Below are positions 8,255-16,641 of a DNA stretch of 32,000 nucleotides, one piece after another. Positions within the stretch are counted from its first letter, which is position 1. Every line of letters starts with the position of its first letter. Position numbers and translations under genes: made by a program. The notes beneath the pieces were generated by a model. The model saw nothing but the letters and a program-made list of their open reading frames with translations, ran no database searches and had not been told where the DNA came from. Source of the stretch: Thermodesulfobacteriota bacterium (GTDB lineage: Bacteria; Desulfobacterota; WTBG01; JAGOGO01); the NCBI GenBank assembly GCA_026625185.1, contig CP113000.1:2235622-2267621 (forward strand). Reading direction: 5' to 3'.

Positions 8255-9037
8255 CTAATAAACCTTAATGTCATCCCCTTTTTGGCTCTTCAGCTTTTTT
8301 TGGGCACTTCCCTCTCTTACGGAAATTTCCAAAAAATTTGAACTTCCGATGATAGCGAGCAACGTTCCTTTTTTAGCCTCTTGATAATTTTTAGAAAGCC
8401 CAGAAATAATGTTTTCGCGAATTTTGATTTTACCGGGGGCGTTTTCTAATTTTTTCAGGTGGTTCACGGTGATGTTGGTTATTAGATTTCCAAAACTATC
8501 GATATACATTACCTTACCCCTTATCCTTTTTTTCTCCAAAATTGGCTGAGGTAAAGATAGTCTTTGAAAATTTTTTGTTTCTTTCCCCATTTCCAAAGGG
8601 GAAACTCCCCGGGAAAGATATGCAGCTACGGGCGCAAAGATATCCCGGCCATGAAAGGTAGCGCTAACGGGTTTGAGAAAAAAATGCGCATTGGTAAGTT
8701 CATAGACCGAAATTTTTTTTAACTGATCATAGATTAACCCAAAAATTCCATTGTCCGGCCCAATAAAAAAGAAGTTTTCTCCTTTCACCAGGATTGGTTT
8801 GCGTTTTGACCCCACACCCGGGTCAACGACGGCAAGGTGAATAGTGCCTTGGGGAAAATAAGTATAGACACTACTGAGCAAAAAAGCTCCTTCAACTATG
8901 TTTTGAGGAGAAATGTGATGGGTAATGTCTACAATTGTAGCAAGGGGGTTAATGCCCAAGATAACCCCTCGCATGGCGCCAACGTAGTGGTCTTTAGAAC
9001 CAAAATCAGTCAATAACGTGATAATAGGATGAATCAT
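8255..9037 (-). CDS. SAM hydroxide adenosyltransferase / chlorinase-fluorinase family protein (former DUF62)
   Basis: 260 aa. ITLLTDFGSKDHYVGAMRGVI, VVDPGVGS and GPDNG match the family N-terminal domain. Confidence 0.88.
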   Translation of the reverse strand: MIHPIITLLTDFGSKDHYVGAMRGVILGINPLATIVDITHHISPQNIVEGAFLLSSVYTYFPQGTIHLAVVDPGVGSKRKPILVKGENFFFIGPDNGIFGLIYDQLKKISVYELTNAHFFLKPVSATFHGRDIFAPVAAYLSRGVSPLEMGKETKNFQRLSLPQPILEKKRIRGKVMYIDSFGNLITNITVNHLKKLENAPGKIKIRENIISGLSKNYQEAKKGTLLAIIGSSNFLEISVREGSAQKKLKSQKGDDIKVY

Positions 9038-9609
9038 ACAATGCCAAAGGTCAAAAACGAAGCCATTGTGTACACCATTATAAAGGACCCGTTTGCCCTG
9101 TCTGAAAGCCTTCTAAAGTGGAATTATATTATACTATTTTTAACACGTTAGCAATGTTTGCGAATATTGTTATTTGATATTCGGTCGCATTTTAACCAAA
9201 AAAAGTTTGGTCTCAAAAAAAGAAACAGTTTTTTATATTCTGATTTAAAAAATAAATTTATTAACTAATTGTTTTTTATTGACAAAATTAGATCTAAATG
9301 GTAAAAAATATATTAGGGGTTAAATTCACACATAACCAAAAGGTGAAATGTGTTTATCATAAAGTCTTTCCTTACTTCACTATGGATGGAGAAAAAAAGA
9401 TGCAGGTACATTCCCTTCTGGTTCATCACGTTGCCCCTGACTATCATTGAAAAGTTTTTCCATGTCCTTTCCCCTGATGACTTCCCCTGTAAAACAAGAG
9501 TAAATTTTACGGTTGCCACCGGTCAAGAATATAGGTTAAACAAAGTATGGGTGACCAAGAAATTTCGAGGAAACATAATTTAAAACCCAATTAGGAAAGG
9601 AGGGACATC

Positions 9610-9897
9610 ATGGCAGTAAAGGTTCTTATCCAAAGGAAAGTAAAACCGGGAAAAGAAGAAGCACTCAACGACCTCGTCCGCGAGTTACGTTTTAAGGCAA
9701 TGTACGCCGAAGGATTTATCTCCGGAGAGACCTTGAAGTCTATCCAAGATCCCTCAATGCACTTAGTCATCAGCACCTGGAAAAACATTGAGACCTGGAA
9801 TAAATGGCTTAATGGTACATACCGGCAAGAGGTTAAGAAAAAGATGAAAGAGGTTTTAGTGCGACCTGAAAAGATGACTCCCTATCAATACGAGTGA
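9610..9897 (+). CDS. antibiotic-biosynthesis-monooxygenase (ABM) domain protein
   Basis: 95 aa, with a strong RBS AGGAAAGGAGGG. The size and the pattern VLIQRKVKPGKEE...GFISGETL...HLVISTWKNIETWNKW fit the ferredoxin-like ABM fold. Confidence 0.75.
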   Translation: MAVKVLIQRKVKPGKEEALNDLVRELRFKAMYAEGFISGETLKSIQDPSMHLVISTWKNIETWNKWLNGTYRQEVKKKMKEVLVRPEKMTPYQYE

Positions 9898-9933
9898 TTT
9901 ATTTTTTTCAGTGTAGGGATTAAAAGTGACCTT

Positions 9934-10470
9934 ATGGATGGTTTCAGGGTAAAGCCAGCTGAGCTACTCGTAAGTTACGTAAGCCTCTTTACTGCAGGAA
10001 AGATAAACGGCCCGATCTTAGATCTGGCGTGTGGTGATGGTCACAACGGAATATTTTTAGCTCAAATAGGGTTGGAGGTAATTTGTTGCGACCTATCAGA
10101 GGAAGCATTGAAAAGCGCCCAAGAGCTTGCAGCGGTGCAGGGCGTGAGCATCAAAACCTGGTGCGTGGATTTAGAAAAAGATGGAACCAATCCTCTCTCC
10201 GAAGATTTTTACGGAGGAATGGTGGTTTTTCGATACCTCCATCGGCCGCTCATAAACTGTATAAAAAAGGCTTTAAAAAAGGGAGGGGTTCTTATCTATG
10301 AAACCTATACCGTGCGGCAACCTCAGTTCGGAAAGCCACATAATCCTGACTTTCTCTTAAAGCCGGAAGAACTTCAAAATTGGTTTATTGATTGGGAGAT
10401 CATCTATTTTTTTGAAGGGATCAAGGAAAATCCCAAAAGAGCAATAGCGCAGATTGTCTGTAGAAAGTGA
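9934..10470 (+). CDS. class I SAM-dependent methyltransferase
   Basis: 178 aa. Motif I is ILDLACGDGHNGIFLA, followed by the acidic CCDLS and post-I motifs. Confidence 0.85.
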   Translation: MDGFRVKPAELLVSYVSLFTAGKINGPILDLACGDGHNGIFLAQIGLEVICCDLSEEALKSAQELAAVQGVSIKTWCVDLEKDGTNPLSEDFYGGMVVFRYLHRPLINCIKKALKKGGVLIYETYTVRQPQFGKPHNPDFLLKPEELQNWFIDWEIIYFFEGIKENPKRAIAQIVCRK

Positions 10471-10603
10471 TACCAAGTCGCCTTCATTTGAATATCTTTT
10501 TTGTATCCTCGTCATACTCTTTGACGTACTAAAACCTACGCTGGCATCGACTCCTTGTCGTCGCCTCGATCTGCTTTTGAATGCAACTTGGTAGGAATTC
10601 ATC

Positions 10604-10647
10604 TAAAAAAAGCCAGAATTCAGTTAATGTGTATCATGAATTCTGGC
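10604..10647 (-). terminator. rho-independent terminator, probably ending the mla operon
   Basis: Perfect 10-bp stem GCCAGAATTC (10612-10621) / GAATTCTGGC (10638-10647) with a 16-nt loop. On the minus strand it is followed by TTTTTTT (10605-10611). It lies about 160 nt downstream of the mlaC stop. Confidence 0.65.
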
Positions 10648-10805
10648 TTCTACTTGACTAAATACAGTCTTCGGAATCCAGACAGAAAATCCGAGACTTT
10701 TACCCTCTTACAAACTCCCCGCTTCCCAGGTTAGATATCAAATAGCTGACCGGGGAATGAAGCACGAGGCAAACATAAAAATTCTTACACTTTTTCACAC
10801 GGGGT

Positions 10806-11438
10806 TTATTTTTTATTATCCTGAGCTAATTTATCTTGAATCCTTTTTACTAAATCTTCATAGGATGATCCCTGGAGAATACTGTTGAACTGGTCTCGAT
10901 AGTTATTCACTAAACTAACTCCTTCGATAACCACGTCATAGACCATCCAATTACCCCCGCTATTTTGCAGCCGATAGTATACGGGAATCTCCGCGCCTTT
11001 GGACGGGGTTATGATTTTGCTTTTTACCGTTGAATAAGTATCTTCAATCTTTTCCCCCTCGAAAACCACTTTTTCACCGGCATAACCTTCGATTTTACCA
11101 ATATAAGCATTCTTAATGAGGTCTCTAAAAAGACTGGTGAAATTTTTCTGCTCATCGGGCGTTCTCTGTTTCCAGTAGCGGCTTAAGGAGCGTTTAGCCA
11201 TTTCTGCCCAGTCAAAATGTTGATCAGCGATCACCATGATTTTACTTACGGTTTCTTCGCGGTTTTTTTGATGATTTTTCACATAATCATCAAGGATGGA
11301 AGTAATTTCTTCAGTTGCCTTCCGCACCTTCTCGGTAGGTGATACTGAGACTGCAGCGCCGAGGGAGGAAGAGCAGAAAACAGCCAAGAGCAAGAGGCAT
11401 AAAAAGAATCCGAGAGGTTTCTGGTCAAACGAATGCAT
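10806..11438 (-). CDS. mlaC: MlaC/Ttg2D-family periplasmic phospholipid-binding protein
   Basis: 210 aa with a signal peptide. HFDWAEMAKRSLSRYWKQRTPDEQKNFTSLFRDLI and the operon context support the call. Confidence 0.88.
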   Translation of the reverse strand: MHSFDQKPLGFFLCLLLLAVFCSSSLGAAVSVSPTEKVRKATEEITSILDDYVKNHQKNREETVSKIMVIADQHFDWAEMAKRSLSRYWKQRTPDEQKNFTSLFRDLIKNAYIGKIEGYAGEKVVFEGEKIEDTYSTVKSKIITPSKGAEIPVYYRLQNSGGNWMVYDVVIEGVSLVNNYRDQFNSILQGSSYEDLVKRIQDKLAQDNKK

Positions 11439-11462
11439 ATCCGAGTTCTCCTTAACTGATTA

Positions 11463-12206
11463 TTATTTTGTTATCGCGTCTTCCCGATGTTGGTTGTAAG
11501 CATCTCTTATCGCAATATAAGGATCAAGGGCGGCACGCTTAAACTCCTCGTATTCCCCGATTCTCAGGGAAGTGCGGTTAACGACCTCTAATATCGTTGC
11601 TCCGGTCGCATAATAAGCGGCAGGATAATGGGTGAGCACCCACCAGGAAGGAACGATACACATATCCACTAAACTTCCGATACCATCGCGGAGACTGGTC
11701 GACCCGGCAAAAGGGAGGTTAAGATAAAAACCTGGCCCTTTGTAACAACCCAGGGTTTGGCCGAAATCTTCTTCACTCGGTGGATTGAGCTTAAACCAAT
11801 TTTTAGCAGGATCAAAAAAACCGACTAATCCAAGAGTTGTATTAATTCCAAATCGGGATGCTTCGATTGATCCTTTTTTATAATCGCATTGAAGCCCGCA
11901 GTTTACCATACGGACCGGAGCATATATGTTGGTAAAGAAATCCTGAACCGATAGTCGTGCCGGTCTGGGTAAAATTTTTCCATATCCTTGGGCTACCGGT
12001 TTGAGTACCCAGAAATACATTTTGTCATTAAATTTGTAAAAAGCCTGGTTCATCCCTTGGAGGGGATCTGGGATGGGTAAAACTTCCGTTTTTTCTGATT
12101 CGTTTGCTGAAATCGAAATTCCTTGGGTGGGGTCAGAAGCAAGAGAATTATGGTTAAAAAACAACACCCCCACCAGTAAGGCCAATATTATTAGTATTTT
12201 TTTCAT
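11463..12206 (-). CDS. mlaA: MlaA/VacJ-family outer-membrane lipoprotein
   Basis: 247 aa with a signal peptide. NQAFYKFNDKMYFWVLKPVAQGY...VQDFFTNIYAPVRMVNCGLQ is the VacJ core. Confidence 0.88.
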   Translation of the reverse strand: MKKILIILALLVGVLFFNHNSLASDPTQGISISANESEKTEVLPIPDPLQGMNQAFYKFNDKMYFWVLKPVAQGYGKILPRPARLSVQDFFTNIYAPVRMVNCGLQCDYKKGSIEASRFGINTTLGLVGFFDPAKNWFKLNPPSEEDFGQTLGCYKGPGFYLNLPFAGSTSLRDGIGSLVDMCIVPSWWVLTHYPAAYYATGATILEVVNRTSLRIGEYEEFKRAALDPYIAIRDAYNQHREDAITK

Positions 12207-12312
12207 ACTTCCTCCTTTTCTTCTTTCAAAAAATTACCCGACCATCTTTTGATTTCTAATCAATATAGCATACTAAAAACTAAAAAAAATACAAAAAATT
12301 AATCTTCTTTTT

Positions 12313-12753
12313 TTAAACCTTCCCAAAAATAAAATTTCCAATTGCTTTTTCTAGGTCAAGGGGTGGCTGAGTCTCTCTAATTTTTCCTCCCGGATGAATT
12401 ATCTTCTCATCACCTCCCGGTGAAATCTGGATATACTTTTCACCCAAAAGACCCTTGGTTTTTACTGCCGCAATCGAGTCCTCTTGAATTTTAACTCCTG
12501 AGTTTATCTGCAGTTCAATCTTTGCCTGGTAATCTGATAAAGAGATGTTTCTTACCCGTCCAATCTCAACTCCTGCAATCTCAACCGAAGCGCCATTTTT
12601 CAGGCCTCCAATTTCGGAAAATTCAGCATATAACTTATACCCGCTATCCCCGATAATTTCCATCCTTCCTAATTTTATAGAAAGGTAGGTAAGGCATGTG
12701 ATCCCGATAATCATAAATAGACCCACTAAGAGTTCTGTGTCAATCCGTTTCAT
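12313..12753 (-). CDS. mlaD: MlaD (MCE-domain) inner-membrane component
   Basis: 146 aa. It has an N-terminal TM helix and then an MCE domain (YKLYAEFSEIGGLKNGASVEIAGVEIGRV). Confidence 0.88.
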   Translation of the reverse strand: MKRIDTELLVGLFMIIGITCLTYLSIKLGRMEIIGDSGYKLYAEFSEIGGLKNGASVEIAGVEIGRVRNISLSDYQAKIELQINSGVKIQEDSIAAVKTKGLLGEKYIQISPGGDEKIIHPGGKIRETQPPLDLEKAIGNFIFGKV

Positions 12754-12767
12754 TATCGTCTCTCCTT

Positions 12768-13511
12768 TTAGTTTCCTTCAGCAATTTCTGTGCCCCCGAC
12801 AATAAATTGTTGGACAAGGGGATGCGGGGAAGCCTGAATTTCTTGAGGTGTTCCTTGGGCGATGATCACTCCATCGTTTAACATCGCCACCTTTTGCACA
12901 ATCGAAAAAATCCTGGGAATTTCATGGGTAACAATTATTCCCGTAAATTTAAGGCGTTCATGGATATTTTTAATAAGTGTATGAATGGTATTGGCAATTA
13001 TCGGATCAAGACCAGTGGTGGGTTCATCAAAAAGCATTATTTCGGGATCCAAGATTAATGACCGAGCAAAAGCTGCTCTTTTTTTCATTCCTCCGCTGAT
13101 CTCAGCGGGATATTTTTTCTCTGATCCCTGCAAACCCACCTGTTCAAGTTCGAAAAGCACCTTATCCCGGATATCGGTTTCTTTCATCCTGGTTTTTTCG
13201 CGTAAGGGAAAAGCTACGTTGTCAAAAATATTAAGAGAATCAAACAAAGCGCCCCCCTGAAAAAGGAAACCAAATTTTTTTCTTAATTTTTCCAAGCCGG
13301 TTCCTTTGCTGGTGGTGATATCTTCTCCATTGATGAGCACCTTTCCCTGATCTCCTTTGAGAAGGCCGACAATATGTTTTAAGAACACACTCTTGCCGTA
13401 GCCACTTTTGCCGATTAAGGCCAAAATTTCCCCCTTTTCCACCCGAAGGGAAATTCCTTTGAGAACGGGGAACCCATTAAATGACTTATGAAGGTCGATA
13501 ACGTCGATCAT
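12768..13511 (-). CDS. mlaF: MlaF-type ABC transporter ATP-binding protein
   Basis: Walker A GKSGYGKS, signature ISGGMKKRAAFAR and Walker B IMLFDEPT are present. I place the start at ATG 13509-13511 (MIDVIDLHKSF), 8 nt after the mlaE stop. The track start at 13553 would overlap mlaE by 34 nt. Confidence 0.9.
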   Translation of the reverse strand: MIDVIDLHKSFNGFPVLKGISLRVEKGEILALIGKSGYGKSVFLKHIVGLLKGDQGKVLINGEDITTSKGTGLEKLRKKFGFLFQGGALFDSLNIFDNVAFPLREKTRMKETDIRDKVLFELEQVGLQGSEKKYPAEISGGMKKRAAFARSLILDPEIMLFDEPTTGLDPIIANTIHTLIKNIHERLKFTGIIVTHEIPRIFSIVQKVAMLNDGVIIAQGTPQEIQASPHPLVQQFIVGGTEIAEGN

Positions 13512-13519
13512 TATTTTAT

Positions 13520-14287
13520 TTAAAACATTACTGAGGTTAAGAAATAGTCCCAAACAAGAATTAATACCGAGGAAGTAACCACTGCCTGGGTGGTAGCTTT
13601 ACTTACACCCTCGGCTCCATATCCGGCATTATACCCTTTATAGCAACAGATCCAGGTCATAATAACCCCAAAGCTCAATGATTTATAAAGCCCGTCAAGA
13701 ATATCTTGAATATCCACATAGCTTCTCATTTCTCCAAAATACCCTCCGGCGCTTACCCCCAAGAGTTTTACTCCCACCAAGTACCCTCCGTAAATACCAA
13801 TCACATTGAAGATCGATGCTAAGAGAGGAAAAGAAATAATTCCGGCTAAAAAATTAGGAACCACGAGATAACGGAATGGATTAAGTGCCATGACCTCCAA
13901 GGCATCAATTTGTTCGGAAATTCTCATAATTCCGATCTCCGCGGTAAGCGCTGAACCCGCCCTTCCTGTTACCATGAGGGCGGAAATCACCGGACCTAAC
14001 TCCCGAATCAGAGAGATTGCGACTGCGGGACCAAGAAGGGCATCAGCCCCAAATTTTTTTAAAGAGTAATAACCTTGGATCCCCAAAACCATGCCCGTAA
14101 AAGCGCCGGTAAGTAAAACAATTAGGGTTGAATTTACCCCAATGAATTGTATCTGTTTGATAAAACGATGGAACTTAAGCGGGGGGATAAAGGCCCACGA
14201 AAAGCCTTTAACCAGAAAAACTCCGGCTTCTCCCAGACCTCTCAAAGTTGTAAGGGTAAATTTTCCTAAGGCTCTGATCCAATTCAT
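13520..14287 (-). CDS. mlaE: MlaE-type ABC transporter permease
   Basis: 255 aa, polytopic. LIRELGPVISALMVTGRAGSALTAEIGIMRISEQIDALEVM is the MlaE/Ttg2B signature. Confidence 0.9.
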   Translation of the reverse strand: MNWIRALGKFTLTTLRGLGEAGVFLVKGFSWAFIPPLKFHRFIKQIQFIGVNSTLIVLLTGAFTGMVLGIQGYYSLKKFGADALLGPAVAISLIRELGPVISALMVTGRAGSALTAEIGIMRISEQIDALEVMALNPFRYLVVPNFLAGIISFPLLASIFNVIGIYGGYLVGVKLLGVSAGGYFGEMRSYVDIQDILDGLYKSLSFGVIMTWICCYKGYNAGYGAEGVSKATTQAVVTSSVLILVWDYFLTSVMF

Positions 14288-14627
14288 GGTTTAAATAATA
14301 AGTATTGATAGTTCTTGAGCATTAAAAAACAAAATCTTTTGATGTGGGTTTGTAGATTGATATATAGTGAAAGTTAGAAATTTTTCAAGAATTTTTTTAC
14401 GAAAATTTTCAAACCATGCGCATGGTTTTAATAAATTTGTTAGTTCTTCCAATTTGATTGAAAAATTTTTTTTGAGGTGACATTCAAAAAGAAATTGGAA
14501 ATAATTAAGTTCGCCCTGAAAAATCTGTTTTAAAAGCCTTATTAATACCGAGCGGCTCTTTGAAAATTGAATAGAATTGCAAAAAACTGCCGGTTTTTCT
14601 GATGATCTCATGATATAATAAATCGAA

Positions 14628-14864
14628 ATGTCAATCAAAATAGCGGAAAGGCAACTTCCGATGTTTGAGTTAATCTTTTCGGATCGATTAGATTTTCACC
14701 ACGAGCTCATGCGTGCTGCCAATCTTATTGACCGGGACAGTTTGCATGAGGCATTGGAAAAGCACTATAGCCTGCAGGTCGGCAGACAAGTAGGTCCCCA
14801 TTTCACAATTCTATTCGGTTTTCAAATAACAATTTCCATCAAAAGAACGTATTGTTCAGGATGA
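14628..14864 (+). pseudogene. possible N-terminal fragment of an IS5/IS4-type transposase (InsH_N/DUF772-like)
   Basis: QLPMFELIFSDRLDFHHELMRAANLIDRDSLHEALEKHYSLQVGRQ follows the Q-x-F...H-x-L...ID...Y..GR pattern also seen in the N-terminus of the IS copy at 25795-26010. No DDE domain follows. It sits in an AT-rich divergent promoter region. Confidence 0.4.
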
Positions 14865-14953
14865 ACAAATTACTTTATTGTTTGACTTTAAAATTTTTTT
14901 GTTTAGAATGAAAAACTTTAGAAAAAACAACCTCAAAACCTTAAGGGTTTAAT

Positions 14954-15895
14954 ATGATCCAAGTAGAAAATCTTACAAAATATTATGGTCCGATCCGGGG
15001 CATCGAGGATATTACCTTTACTATTGATAAAGGAGAGGTGGTTGGTCTTCTGGGGCCGAACGGTTCAGGTAAGACTACAACCATGAGAATCCTTACTGGT
15101 TTTTTCCCCCCAACCAGCGGAAGAGCGTTAATTAATGGATACGATGTAACCAAAAAACCGCTTGAAGTACAACGTCATACTGGTTACTTCCCGGAAAGGG
15201 CACCCCTTTATCCAGAGATGTCGGTTACTGACTATTTGGGATTTGTTGGTAAAGTAAAAGGAATTAAAGGAGAAAAAAGAAAAGAGCAGATTGATAATGT
15301 AATTGTAACCTGCGGGATTGGTGAAATTGCTGATCGCCTGATCGGGACGCTTTCCAAAGGTTTCCGCCAGAGGGTTTGTCTTGCCCAGGCTTTGCTCAAT
15401 GACCCCGACATACTTGTCCTGGATGAGCCGACTATCGGTCTTGATCCCCGACAGGTGGTTGAAGTTCGCAAACTTATCAAAAACCTTTCGCGTGAAAGGA
15501 CAGTCATTCTTTGCACCCATATTCTTCCCGAAGTAAGCGAGACCTGTAACCGGGTGATCATCATCCATAAAGGGAAGTTAATAGCAATGGATTCCCCCGA
15601 AAACTTGCAGGAAAAAATCCAAAAGAATACCCAGACCTTGTTTCAATATTACGGAGGAAATGGGGGGCTGGGAAGCGAACTAATGGGATTGCCTGGAGTA
15701 ATTAATGTTGAAAAAAAAGAGGCTAACTTTTCCGGCGCCCAAGCATTGGTGATTCAATCAGAAAAAGATGAGGCGACATTACGAGCGATCTCTACCTTTA
15801 TCACCCAGCACGGTGGTCCTATTATGGAAATGAAAAAAATTAGTTTGACCTTGGAAGAAGTATTTTTAGAATTGGTAACTGAGGAGGAGCTTTAA
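14954..15895 (+). CDS. ABC-2-type transporter ATP-binding protein (GldA-like)
   Basis: 313 aa. Walker A GPNGSGKTT, signature LSKGFRQRV and Walker B ILVLDEPT are present. It is the first gene of a tightly packed four-gene operon. Confidence 0.9.
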   Translation: MIQVENLTKYYGPIRGIEDITFTIDKGEVVGLLGPNGSGKTTTMRILTGFFPPTSGRALINGYDVTKKPLEVQRHTGYFPERAPLYPEMSVTDYLGFVGKVKGIKGEKRKEQIDNVIVTCGIGEIADRLIGTLSKGFRQRVCLAQALLNDPDILVLDEPTIGLDPRQVVEVRKLIKNLSRERTVILCTHILPEVSETCNRVIIIHKGKLIAMDSPENLQEKIQKNTQTLFQYYGGNGGLGSELMGLPGVINVEKKEANFSGAQALVIQSEKDEATLRAISTFITQHGGPIMEMKKISLTLEEVFLELVTEEEL

Positions 15896-15897
15896 AA

Positions 15898-16641
15898 ATG
15901 GGGGTTTACTATATTCTTCAGCGTGAGTTGCGATCTTACTTTCAATCGTTTATCGCTTATGTTCTTATCGCCGTCTTCCTGCTTTTGGCCGGATATTTTT
16001 TTTATACTGACTTGGTCATGTACGTAGCGTTTAGTTATCAAAAGGTTAGTTTTAATAAAATATGGGCTTACTATTTTAATGATATCCGTTATGTGCTTAT
16101 GGTAGCCATTCCTCCTTTAACCATGCGCCTTTTTGCGGAAGAAAAAAAACTGGGCACAATAGAACTCCTTTGGACCTACCCCCTCCGGGACTGGGAGCTT
16201 TTGACGGGCAAATATCTCGCGGCGTTATTTTTTTTGTCTTTGATGTTGTTGCTTACCTTGTTATATCCGGCAATCACCTATTTTTTATATCATATTGATA
16301 TTACATCAGTCTTTGTCGGATACTTTGGCATTTTTTTATTAGGCTCTTCTTTCATCGCCTGCGGGGTTTTAATTTCTTCCTTGACTGAAAATCAGATTGT
16401 AGCCGCCATCGGTACCTTCGGGCTTTTACTGATGTTTTGGTTTCTCACCTGGAACGAGGCAGCGGCTAATGAAAAGCTGATGAAAATCCTTTTGAATATT
16501 TCCCTTTTTGACCGGCTCTACACCTTTACCAAGGGAGCCATAGACTTAAAGGACCTGGTTTTCTTTTTTAATTTCCATGTATTTTTTATTTTCTTAACGT
16601 GGCTTTCACTGACTACCCGGAAATGGCGAGGTATTAAATGA
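15898..16641 (+). CDS. ABC-2 family permease (GldF-like)
   Basis: 247 aa, about 6 TM helices. EEKKLGTIELLWTYPL is typical of ABC-2 permeases. It starts 2 nt after the ATPase stop. Confidence 0.85.
   Translation: MGVYYILQRELRSYFQSFIAYVLIAVFLLLAGYFFYTDLVMYVAFSYQKVSFNKIWAYYFNDIRYVLMVAIPPLTMRLFAEEKKLGTIELLWTYPLRDWELLTGKYLAALFFLSLMLLLTLLYPAITYFLYHIDITSVFVGYFGIFLLGSSFIACGVLISSLTENQIVAAIGTFGLLLMFWFLTWNEAAANEKLMKILLNISLFDRLYTFTKGAIDLKDLVFFFNFHVFFIFLTWLSLTTRKWRGIK

Noticed and set aside
9313-9583. Overlapping ORFs 9313-9519 (-) and 9350-9583 (+) in the long intergenic gap.
   Set aside because: They are mutually exclusive. Neither has an RBS or a recognisable motif, and both lie in AT-rich spacer DNA.
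10357-10602. 81-aa minus-strand ORF.
   Set aside because: It overlaps the 3' end of the methyltransferase gene antisense and covers the inverted-repeat-bounded non-coding element. It has no RBS or motif.
12768-13553. The longer mlaF start at 13553 given by the ORF track.
   Set aside because: It would overlap mlaE by 34 nt and add a non-conserved 14-residue extension. ATG at 13511 gives the canonical ABC N-terminus MIDVIDL...
14291-14638. 115-aa minus-strand ORF immediately upstream of mlaE.
   Set aside because: It lies in extremely AT-rich DNA and has Ile/Phe/Lys/Asn-dominated composition. It has no RBS and sits where the divergent promoters must be, so it is most likely non-coding.
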